Origin: Blasia pusilla
Taxonomy: Eukaryota
Assembly (NCBI GenBank): GCA_050084515.1
Contig: CM114271.1
Coordinates: 47,678,001-47,742,000, forward strand
Direction: 5' to 3'
Length of the DNA: 64,000 bases
Under the pieces are notes generated by a model, which had not been told where the DNA came from, searched no databases, and saw only the letters and a program-made list of their open reading frames with translations. Positions within the stretch are counted from its first letter, which is position 1, and each line of letters opens with the position of its first letter. This document shows positions 26,440 to 42,279 of the stretch, one piece after another. Both the position numbers and the translations under genes were made by a program.

Positions 26440-26900
26440 CAATCACAGCATCATCAACAACTACAATAGCAGAAGCATATGCTACAACACCAACAATTAA
26501 TACAACACCAACAACACTATAAAAGCATTAGTAACATCAACAGCGGCACAAGATTTTACAAGGCACTAGGAAACTCTCATTCAGTGACAAATAAAACTCC
26601 AAACATTCAAAATTCTTCACATAAAACAAGCCATTAACCCTGAGCCGATGCCTAATTTTTTGTGACTTAACTCTATGGGACAACACAAGCAACACCAATA
26701 ACAGCAGCAGGAGCAGATGCAACAGCAAGAAATGCTGTAGCAACAGCTACAAGAGCAATAACTTTTACTTCAACAACATAAACAACAGTTGCTGCAGCAA
26801 TAGACACAACAACAACAATTGAAGGCACAACAAGAACAATACCAAAAAGTAGCCCAACAACAACCTTCTAAATAGAAGTTGCAACATCAGCCGCAACCAC
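26440..26900 (+). repeat. CAA/CAG-rich low-complexity tract (degraded polyglutamine-coding sequence)
   Basis: Runs such as CAACAACAACAA and CAGCAGCAGGAGCAG; several TAA/TAG codons interrupt the Q-rich frame. Confidence 0.55.
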
Positions 26901-29900
26901 CTTAAGAGGAGAGCATGGGATTTACTAGGCATCATCTCTATGTGTTACGATCACTGATTTTGGCCTTCCAATTCAGGCACAAAATAGCCTATATGTACAA
27001 TATGGAGGTAGGGGAGCTACTAGGCAAGGGTCAGAGGCATCCATCGGCTAGTCTCCACAAGCTCAGCCTAGAATTATTGAGCACATGCCTCACAACACCT
27101 CCTCTCAGCTACAATTGCCAAACCAATATATCTCTCAATTACATGCACATGTAGCTCTCATTTAGAAACCTACCCAAGGTGGGTTTACCCCACAACACGT
27201 TTCTTCATTGTCACACATGATGCCTCCTGCAATGGTGCAGGATCACAAGTTATCAGGTGTGAGTGGATCGAGCATGCAGGAAAATCCCATGACTAGTGGC
27301 TACATGGAATTTGGAAAACTCTCTCGAATTGCTCACTTAAGCAGAGCTTCATCATCCATGGGAAGTACCCTGTCCGCTGGTGCAAGCTTTTCCTCTTTTC
27401 AACATCTTGTGTATCGATGATAGAAGTGTATATAGATAGGGCAGCCAATGGCTTAAGTAAGGATCGGATAACTCCTCCTATCATGGTTTCTAGAACTTCA
27501 CAAACTGCTTCAACTCTTCCAACTTATTGTCCCACTACTATGTCTTATTATCCATTGTTATATAATTAAAATATTTTATTATTTTCCATAACAAGGTAGC
27601 TCATTATTATATATAAATAAATTATTTCCTTTTTCCCCTTATAAAAATCATGAAGTTCTTGAGAATGGAAATTCACACTTAACAAATACTTATTTCATCC
27701 ATTCATTTGTAAGTATGCTGGATGAGATAGGAGTTGTCTAGTTCTTAGCACCCGACTCCAACCACACCTGAAATTTACATATAACGAAGTGAAACTCTTT
27801 GATGGAGTGGAACTAAGAATGCATTGATTGCTTGACAACTTTGGACATGAGTGTTGGACTCACAAGGAGTTCCTGAATATATACTGGTCAAAACCACATG
27901 ACCACCTCAAATAGTGGGCGGTGTCTTGTCCGGATTGAAAGGTCACTAGATTAGGCAGGACAGGGCAATGCAGAAACTTGCACGCCATGTCGATGTGAAG
28001 GGACACAGAGTTTGCCAAGCAAGCCTTAGATTGTAAGAAAAGTGCAGAGCCAACATCTCCATTTCAAAATTAAGAGTTTGTCATGACACCATTGAGTAGG
28101 GTAGGGCATGGGGTGCAAGTACAAGCCTACAGGATGCTTTGCCAAAAAAGATCAAATATTGAGTTTACTATTTAAATAGAGAATGATTGAAATAATATTG
28201 AGTGATCAACTAGTTGTTCCTTTCTAGAAGTTACTTTTTGAGAAGAGAACTCCAACTTGGCAAACACTTCAATATTTTCTAGATATGTAAAGTTAACATC
28301 TCAACTGTAAAGGTTTGGTACTGCCCACCTCTTTGACAAGATGGCAATTGTAGTTGCAAGAATGAATGATACTGATATGAGATTACCTACAAGGGCCTGG
28401 TGGCTATTGAGCCACTTTCAGAAAGGACTTAGCTAGACTGACGGGTGGATGGAAATGGGGTAGAGGATCAAGACGTGAAAAACGAAACATCAGTGCACTG
28501 CTCCCTCTTTCACCAATATTTCTGCAAGACCAGCAATAGGCTTGTAAGAGTTCAAGGAAAAGTAGCTAGACCTTTTCACAACTGACAACTTACAACCCTT
28601 GAGAGGATAAAGGGGAGGAATGAGTGGAGGACGAGTAGATAAATATAGTTAGACAAAAACAAACTGAATTTGTTGGATTCATCCAGTGCATGCCCAAAAA
28701 AAAAACCTTGGAATATATTCCATAAGACCTGCAGGAGCTGGAAAGCTATGTGCTAGCAATAGTACCCACTGAAGTTGGAATATTCAACATGAAATTTGGA
28801 GTTCTTCCCATAGGGAAATAGGGCTAACAGCTGGTGGATATTCTATAAAGACTCAACTGTAGAAGGATTCAACCCATGCATTCTCAATTCAGGACATATT
28901 AAATGGAAGCACCCATCCAAAATCAATTCTTCGGGATGCTAAGTTTCCATTAGAAGTATGCACCAAACAATAGTATAATCAGGGATGAACACTAGTAATT
29001 TTACCTCACGCTAATCTCGGGGATCTTACTTCCACAAATATGCCCATCACGTACGACAAAGTAAGGGGTTTTTTAATTGCATCCCTTGGAAGACTTATTA
29101 AGTTTTGTGGAAGAACAATAGGGTTTAATTTATTCCATGGTGCTCTTAAAAGAACAATAGAGTCTTTATACTAGTTGCCCTCCCATGGACAACGTTCACA
29201 TAAGATAGTGTTAATACTCAAAAAATATATATAATACATATGTATTTTTATTTTTTTACATAATTTTTTTAATTTTAAAATTTAATTTTATATAATAATT
29301 TTCCTCCCTAGGTAGGAAATTCTTTGATTCTTTACAGGGAAATTTAGAGGGAAAAAGAAAGTTTTTTTAAAAATGGTTTCCCTCCTTAACCATTTTCCCA
29401 CTATTTCTCCCAAGTAGACTTGAACCGGGTTTGGGTTTAGGGGAAAACCTTCCAAGAAAAGACGAACAACCGCCACTCGAAAGAGGAGCTTGCAAGCAAG
29501 TGCGGGCGGGTTGTAGGGAGGTTTGATGATTGAGCAAGCCTTGATCAATCCTCTGTCAAGTTCTTCCCGAATAGCGGACATGTTGAAAAGCTTTCTTTGA
29601 TCCGTGGTAACTAACACCTACTTGTGAAGCAGCTCAAGGCATTTTTTTTTTCAATTGGATCTACATCCTACGATATTTGAACCTCGGACGGACGGACTGT
29701 GCTTCTCTGCAATTGTTAGTGTATGTCTATTTTTTTGGCTTATTGTTGAATTTGGTTCACCATTGTTTGGAATTGGTTAGCTTATTGTTATCCACCCTCT
29801 TGTTTTCAAGCTGATTCAGATAAGCATGTGACCTCTCTCTCTCTCTCTTGAATGGGGGGATTCATATTTGGTCGTGAATGAAATAGAGATATTTGCAACC

Positions 29901-30239
29901 TAATGGGCCCAGCAAAAATCTTCCTCTCCTTGCCATCTCTCCGTTACAATCCTGTGCTTCTCCACGGAGCCACCATGCGCTTGCCTCTTATAATGCCACC
30001 ATGCGCCAACCTCGGACGAGCACTCAACTACAGTATTCAATTGCGCCCTTAGTTTTCCTACACAAAATGTGTGGTTGAAAGCTGAAACCAATGTCGTCTC
30101 TTGTGGACAATTGTGTATAGAGTGATCAGCGAATCGAATTTGCTGCTTCTTGCCAATCATATTTCAATCTTTGAGCTCTCCAGAAACACTTGAAAATTTG
30201 CAACTTTCTATGAGAGTTGTTGTCAAGCAAAACTAACTA

Positions 30240-30880
30240 TTGTGGCCATTCCCCATGGAATAATGCCTACTATAACTTATGAGGGCAAGATTATCTATAA
30301 ATCCACCCTTGTAAATTAGTTGTCTTGTAATCCTTCCATGTCAAAGGATATGCTAACTCGAATAGCCCAAAAGACAAATTATATTACTGGCAAGGGAAAG
30401 GAGCGTGATCCTAATTGCCCAACTTGTTTGGTTGATGTTGGTAGTCATATCGCAGTTTTGTTTGAATCTATAGCAGACGTTGGCCCTTCCACGAGATCAA
30501 AAAAGTCAAAGAAAAGGAAGGGAAAATAGGCACAACTTGCAATGGAGGCAAGAGTGGCAAAAAAGGAGTATTGGTTGGGGCATATTGTGTTTATGATTCA
30601 AAAGAATGATACACATTGGTCAAGACATCGTAGGGCCTTGGACTTGACGAAAATGCTTGTTTCTCCTCCTAGACAGAAGGGAAGCATTTTTTGTGTCATG
30701 TGTAATTAGTATAAGTCTTCCGGCCATGGATACAACAAAACCTTGTTCACTTATGATGCAATAGATGTGCAATGGATTGATATTGAAATGGTGATTTCTA
30801 ATGTGAACTTGACAATGAAATCAGGGATACAAGATAGAATATATATGTACTTGATTCAGTTGACTTACATGCTTTGACTA
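30240..30880 (+). pseudogene. Degraded coding remnant, probably TE-derived
   Basis: A protein-like frame persists through stops: PTITYEGKIIYKSTLVN*LSCNPSMSKDMLTRI...CLVDVGSHIAVLF...EYWLGHIVFM...FTYDAIDVQWIDIEMVISNVNL. Family not identified. Confidence 0.35.
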
Positions 30881-31629
30881 CATACATTCAGAGGGTGAGT
30901 TGATCTTGGTGAATTTTTTATGTTGTGGATTGTGCTTAGAGTGTACTTGATACTGTTGAATTGTGAGTAGATTAGTAGGAGGGAGTAGGCTGGGGGAATG
31001 ATAGATTGGCAGATTGAGATTCTTGCTCAATTAGGGGTTGAATCCCCCTCTATCATAGTGTAAAGACAACATGTTGCATGTTAACTTAACTTGGTACTTT
31101 TATTTTCTTCCAAGGTCTTATTTATTTGAAGTGATTTCTTTACTTAAGGAATTTTAAGGATACCAAAAATGAAAAATGACTCCTTTATAGTACATAAGGA
31201 TGAGAATAAAAAAAAAGTTCACTTATAAGTTAGGGGGTCTAGACCTTGAAACGTCATAGGTGATGTAGATCCTTTAGTATGATACTATAGCAAAAACCGC
31301 GACATTCCACCAAAATTAGTTCAATCGATGCTCCCCCATAGTTGTTCTTTGTGGTTTCTAGTCTTGATTCTGAACTGTTATTGACAAATTTTGCATTCCC
31401 ATCCCAGGTGTTCTCGATAATGCTATGATGAGCTTCTGGCTTGAAACTTGGAATCTCAACTCTTAAGCCAAGTCTGGTGAGCACTGACATCATACTCTTC
31501 CTTTTCCTAACTTTCGAGAGATAAATTTGAAACCACTTCTCCCAACTTTGAGAGCTTATTTTGAAACCACTTCCATTGGGCACCGACTTGAAAATTAATC
31601 GGTCATGCTTATGTGAAAAACTAAGAGCG

Positions 31630-35700
<4,071 letters not shown>

Positions 35701-35738
<38 letters not shown>
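35701..35738. repeat. (GA)n microsatellite
   Basis: Directly visible. Confidence 0.95.
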
Positions 35739-35745
<7 letters not shown>

Positions 35746-36572
35746 TATATTCCAGCTATAGAAGCTCCGTGTTGGATTCTCAACATCCACTTCTCTGAGC
35801 ATCATTAATCTAATGGGCCCCCTTGTATGAGGAGAAGCCTAGATTGATGGTTCCGACTTAGATGTCGAGGTAGTCATAGTAATTTGATGTAGGTGGTTTA
35901 TGGAGTAGCAAAAAATTTCTATTAATATCAATGAAGAAAAATATGTAAAAAACCCTAGTTTTCCGAGTAGTGAAATATTCAGGAGCCGCAACGGTAGCGC
36001 ATTCTCGTATGTCGAGTTATGTCCATGTTCAGGTTCCACCAAAGCTCTTCTATGAGCACACAGACGGACTGTGCTACTTTGTATCTCCAAGTTTTATAAA
36101 AGATTTCAATGATTTTGTCACTTTCTATTTTCTCACATGGTATCAGAGCAGTAGGTTTTCTAGTCTTTTATATTTGGCGATCTAGTGTGTTTGCACAAAA
36201 TCTTGAGAGATGGCTACTTCTTCATCAGTTTGTGCTCACCCTCCTCCGATAAGTGAAGGGAAGTTAGATGGGTCTAACTATACATTGTGGAAGTTAAAAA
36301 TGAGAATTGCCCTCGAATCATTTGAGATCTAGCAGACGACCACATAAGCCGATTCAAATCCACAAGCTACTTTGAGTTCTGCATGTTCATCTTCATCTAG
36401 TGATATCAATCCTGTTGTATTGTTGGCATGGAAATGCAGAAACGCTGATGCTCTATTTGCGATTGTCACGAATGTAACTGATTTTTTCATGGCTCTCATT
36501 CAACATACAACCATTTTTGCTAAGGCGTGGAATATTATGAAGAATCAGTATAAAATGAGGAATAAGACTCGG

Positions 36573-39103
36573 AATCCGGGTATCTCTAAACGTGGTGGTT
36601 GAGATATATACACCTCCTCTTTGAGACTCCTATTCAGAAAGGCAGACTTCACAACGTATTGGTATACAAGCCAATGTCTTATTCCTGCCACCGCTAGAAA
36701 AATTTGAATGGTTGTCATCCTTGTAGTAGGAGCAAAAGTCTTATAGTAATCAAAACCTTTGATTTGTAAAGATCCTTGTGCAACCAACCTGGCTTTGAAT
36801 TTATCCAATGTACCGTCTGACTTGTACTTTGTCTTGTACACCCACTTGGTGCGTATTATCTTCCTGTCCTTTGGCTTCTCAACCAAAGTCCAAGTTTCAT
36901 TTCTTTGAATAGCATCCATCTCCATCTACATGGCCTCTCTCCATTGAAGATGAGCAAGGGCCTCATCCAAGCATGATGGCTCTTCCACCTTCAAGACCTC
37001 TGTCATCAAGGCCATGTTGACGAGTTATGCGGAAGCTCTATTCTACTCCTCTAGTCTCTTGGATCTCCTTGGATGTGTAACAAGTTCATCAATTGTTGGT
37101 GGATCCTTACCATCTAAAAGTTACTTTATCCACTTAGGGTATGACAACCATAGTGGAAGAGCAGGTTGCTCTTTGTAATCATCACCAAATTCTTCTTCTT
37201 GATTATCTCGTATAAACATTGATGGTGTGTTGTGGTGGGTTATCTCTTCGTTTGATGATAATATAGACGGACCACTGATATCCACCACTTGACGAGGTTG
37301 TTCTTGGAACACCACATCACGACTCACAAGCATCTTTTTTGCCTCAAGACACCACAGGCGATAAGCTTTAGACTCATCACTGTATCCCATAAAGATGCAC
37401 TTCGTGCTCTTGGACTTCAGCTTGGTTCTGGATGCTTCAAGAACATGTTCAAAGCACTCACTATCAAATATCCTGAAATTTTGAAGTGATGGTATCTTAC
37501 CTAAGTAAGATTGATGAGAAGTCCTGACTTGCACTGACTTGGTAGCACTTCTATTTAGAATATAAACGGCAGTATTAACAACTTCAACCCAAAATCCTTC
37601 TGTCAAAACTTTTTCTTTCATCATACATCTTGCCATCTCCACCATTGTACAGTTTCGACACTCAACAACTCCATTTTGTTATGGTGTATATGCCATGGTT
37701 AATTGTCGCTTGACTCCATGCTCCTCCAAATATTTGTTGAATTCTGTTGATAAGAATTCTCCTCCTCGATCGGTACGAAGCTTTTATACCTTCTTTCCAA
37801 TCTCATTCTGAACCAGCTTGTGCCATACTTTAAATTTTCCAAAAGCACTTGCCTTATCACGAAGGAAATACACCCATTTCTTCCTACTATATTAACCTTC
37901 GACAACAAAAAGAAGTAGGAAGAACCACCTAATGCCTCTGTTCTCATTTTACCACATAGGTCAGCATGTATCACCTCTAGAGGAGCCTTTGCTCTATTGC
38001 TAGACTCTTGTGGAAATGGTTTTCGGTGTTGCCTGCCATCATACAAGCTTCATATGTATCCGACACTCCAAAAATTATTGGTAAATCAGCAACCATGCGA
38101 GATTTCTGCATTTGACTTAGTAAGGGAAAGCTTAGATGACCAAATCTTTCATGCCACAACTTACTGCTACTAAGATCTGTACCTACACTTTTCGTGAAAG
38201 CATACAACTCATAGATATTTCCACGTCGTATACCTTCGCCCACTTCTTTCCCATTGGCATCCTCAATGATTGCTCTAGTTTTCTTGAAACGAACTTCTAA
38301 GTCACGGTCATATAATGCTGCTACTGAAATCAAATTGCGCTTCAACTCTCGTACGTAAAGTACATCGTTAACTTCTTTTCATCTCCTTTTTGTGAGACTA
38401 AAGAAATTGTGCCTTTCCCTTCTACAAGGCACTTTGCATTAATCCCAACAGTAACAACGATGGGCTCTTGTAGAGGTTATAAGGAGCTATACCAATCCTT
38501 ATGATTGGTCATATGCCTAGATGCTCCACTATCGAGCATCCATGCATCTTCACTCTTTGACTTAGTGGAATATTCTCCATGTATGAAAAACTCTTCGATT
38601 GCTACCCAAGCATCTAACTCATGTTCTCATAGTTCTACAAAATTTCCAGACTCCTTCTTAGGTCTTAAACAACCGTTCTTCTCATCCTGACTCCTCTTTC
38701 TACAATCTTTGATAAGATGACATAGCTTACCACAATAAAGGATTTGAAGGCTTTCCTTGGAAATTTCTTCTTGATATTTGAACAGTAATCCTGATTTCTA
38801 TCTCTCTGTACGTTGGTAGTAAATGTTGCATCACTTCCCTCTCTTGCTTTGAAGTTCATTTCCTCTTCTACCAACATTGCACTAAATTGTTCAAAAGTAA
38901 TCAGTGTGGGTCTTACTTGAGTATTCAATTTAGTGACCAAACATTCATACCTTGGAGGCAAAATCCTTATGCACTGACGTGCCAAATCTTTGCTAGACTT
39001 TGAAATTCCTATGGACACCATCTGATCTTGAAGATTCTTGATCCTTGTCAAAAATTTCTCTACGCTTTCACCTTTTGAAAATTTCTCGGACGTAAGCTTA
39101 TTC
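36573..39103 (-). pseudogene. Inverted Copia segment: gag C-terminus, protease, GAG-pre-integrase, integrase and RT N-terminus
   Basis: 'WMLDSGASRHMT' region near 38510-38545; 'LWHERFGHLS'; 'LEVIHADLCG'; 'MVEMARCMM'; 'KWVYKTK...FKARLVAQG'; 'SAFLN..LKEEVYISQP'. All on the strand opposite to the LTRs and PBS. Confidence 0.93.
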
Positions 39104-39660
39104 ACTGTGGGAGTATTGAGTAGGTTCTCAACTAAGCCTCAAGAGAACCATTGGAAGGCAGGGATGCATATGTTGAAGTACATCAAAGGCACTATAGAGT
39201 ACGGTATCACCTATGGAGTAGGGACAGAAATTACAACCTTTTGTGACTCGGATTGGGCAGGAGATTCAGATTCTCGGAGATAAGTTTCGGGTTATTGCTT
39301 CTTGGTAGGATTAGGTGTGGTGTCATGGTTTAGCAAGAAGCAACCTAAAGGCGGCTTGTTATGCTTCTTGTGAAGCAATATGGTTGAGATGGATATTGGA
39401 GGACAAAGGAGAAGCACCAAAAAGTGCTATTGTAATGTGATGTGACAATTAGAGTTGCATTGCCATAGCACATAATCCTATGTTTCATGCTCGTACAAAG
39501 CACATAGAGATCCAATATCATTTTGTTCATGAGTTGATCGAGAGATAGGTTTTGAAGTTAGTCTATTATCAACAGAGGATAACTGTGCACATATCTTAAT
39601 GAAAGCTTTGAGCGGAGATCAGCTTCACCGACATCTGAAGGGTCTTGGCATCGGTCGAAG
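39101..39660 (+). pseudogene. Copia RT C-terminus and RNase H
   Basis: 'VGVLSRFSTKPQENHWKA', 'FCDSDWAGD', 'NPMFHARTKHIEIQYHF'. Confidence 0.92.
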
Positions 39661-40619
39661 ACAATAATCCACATAAGAGTGGATATTGAGGGGGATTTTG
39701 GATTCTCAACATCCACTTCTCTGAGCACCATTAATCTGATCGGCCCCCTTGTATAAGGAGAAGCCTAGATTGATGGTTCCGACTTTGACGTCGAAGGAAT
39801 CATAGTAATATGACGTGGGTGGTTTATCGAGTAGCCTAACTAGGATAATCTAACCCTATATTACAGCAAGATGCGGGGCATCCTGATGCAAAATTTTTCT
39901 ATTAATAGAAATGAAGAAAATTAGGTTAAGAACCCTAGTTTCTTGAGTAGTGAAATAGTCGGGAGCCATAGCGGTAGGGTATTCTCGTATGTCGAGTTCT
40001 CTCCATATTTAGGTTCCATCGAAGCTCTTCTGTGAGCGCACGTACATACTAGGTCACTTTGTATCTCCAAGTTTTGTAAAAGATTTCAATGATTTTGTCA
40101 CTTTATGTTTTCTCACAATCCGATGGTAAATTACTCGCCGGACTGCAACATCTCCTTGGACACGGCTTGCACCACTGCTCCACTTGATTTTCCACACTCG
40201 GGGAAGGCAAAAAGGGCCAACGGAGCTTGAGCACTTAATCTTCTTAGGCTTACCACATCCTTGGAAGGCGGAAATGGACCGCACAGCTCAAGTAGTCAAG
40301 CAATCAGGCGGCAATGGATTGTAAACTTCTGCTTCCTATCTTGCTTCCCTCTACCCTCTCTCTTCGTCTTGTTGCACCTTCGTCTCCGCCTTGCTCTCTT
40401 CACCTTCGTATTCTTGCTCACACGTCTCTTACGCCCTAGATCGCCTAACCCTCGTACTAGGTCCGGCCCGTCTCACTCATACTCCCTCGCTTATTTTCCC
40501 CCTAGTCGATAGCTAGACCCTTATGTGCTTGCGTGCCATGAGCACACCATGTCATATGCCACATAGGTTAATGAAATTTTGGAAGCCCCATTTTTTTCAT
40601 TTTTTTCCATTTAAGTTCC

Positions 40620-40934
40620 TTTGTACCTTATTTCTACTTAGTTTATGACTTCACATATTTAGTCATTTTTCATTCCTGACACAAGTGAGTCATATAAATT
40701 TTTAGTATGACTACACACAAGACCAATTAGTCACTAAGTCATTTCAAATATGACTATGCCATATCCTAAGATTTCTCTATGACTTAGTCATAATTTTATA
40801 TGACTACAACTTTACTATTATATGGGGTGATATGACTGCTATCTGACTAGCAGACATTCTAGTCATATGTTTGAGTCATGAAGAACCTCAGTCATTCTAG
40901 TACTAGTCATAAAAACCACTATTTTCTTCTAGTG
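40620..40934. repeat. Second CACTA-type terminus with subterminal repeats
   Basis: ATGACT/AGTCAT repeats ending in CTATTTTCTTCTAGTG (reverse complement CACTAGAAGAAAATAG), followed by ATT. Confidence 0.8.
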
Positions 40935-42279
40935 ATTGGAGACAGGTCAATGAGAAGTTAGTGAGTTTGGAACTTGGCAAGGAGGGGTGAGGAAGCTCAC
41001 ACAAAGCTTGGCTTGGTTTGGTTTAGGGTTGCGGGCTAGGGCCCGATGTTTTGTGTCGTGAGGTGTCAGTTTTTGTGGTGTCATTCTGTCTGGTGGAAAC
41101 GGGGGAAATTTTCATCCATCCAGAGAGGGAGAGGAGGAGTGGGATGTGCTCACGCGGACCCAACCGAGTGATAATTATGGCGGGAGGATAGGGTTGTAAA
41201 AAAACCAGCAGTAGCACTATTGAAATGTCACAACTCGATCAAGAAGGCAAGGAGCTACTCCATTATATCTTCGGGGTCACGGAAGTGGAAATGGTATTGC
41301 AGCGGAGGAGAGAGTAAGAGAGGAGAGGAAGAGAGGAGAGTCTCTCTTAAAAAAAAGGGCCAAATCCGCCTCCTCTCTTCAAAACTTTTTGACATATTTG
41401 AAATTTTTGTTTGCTTTCAAATTCAGGAAATCTTTAGAAGAGAGTATTTAGTGGTCCACATTTGGCCCTAAAAAAACCTCCTCTTTCTGGGGCGAGAAAA
41501 AAGGAGACATCATAAGACCACCCTAAACATTTTTCCATCACTCTCCATGTGAGCCTAAGTTTCTTAACATTCCTGTCTCGGTCAACAAAAAGCAAAGGTG
41601 CCCTTGGTATTTCTGTTGGAGGACCACCGGATGGGAACCTCTCTTTTGCAGGATTGTTTCTGCATCATGGCCTCCCAAAATTGCCCCATAACCAACTTTC
41701 TGTCGGTTATGAATGGTGTCTGCTCAAGACAAACTTTCTGAAATGTGAAAAAATCAGATCCTAAGGCTCAGAAACCGAGAAGCTGCACCCCTCCCAACCC
41801 GTAAGAAAGCTCACCATAAGAAAACGAAAGATTTTTAGAAGTGATTTTCTTCCACCCTGCACCCACGAGGATCTAACGGGTTGGGAATCCGAAATGGCAA
41901 TCCGACAGGTAGTAGGAATCTTGCACATCTTAGACAAAAAAATAAGCCTACAACTGGTTCGACGAATGAAGGGGAACGAGCCAAAAGTCAAGAAGCCCGC
42001 CACAATGCGTCAGAAGTTGGTCTCACCGAGATAGAGTCCGATCACTCAAGCAGTCAACCTGTCGGAATCCGAGAGGTTGCCTGGAAATGGTTAAAAATTT
42101 GCAGGAATACAAAAAGCAAAAAGTCGGAATCATACGGGTTGCAGAATTGTAATTCTGAGTAGCTAAAAGAACACAATCCACAAGTCCAAAAATATATTCG
42201 AAAACTTTTACAAACACCATTATGGGTTGAAAAAAATCTCGTCCTTTATTACCTCGAAGGAAACCTGAAATGTACATTT

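Larger units (their letters stand above)
35770..40117 (+). mobile_element. Ty1/Copia LTR retrotransposon, family A, with internal inversion
   Basis: 5' LTR 35770-36137; PBS TGGTATCAGAGC 36138-36149; PPT GAGGGGGA 39688-39695; 3' LTR 39696-40117; TSD CTCCG/ATCCG (4 of 5 match). Confidence 0.95.
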
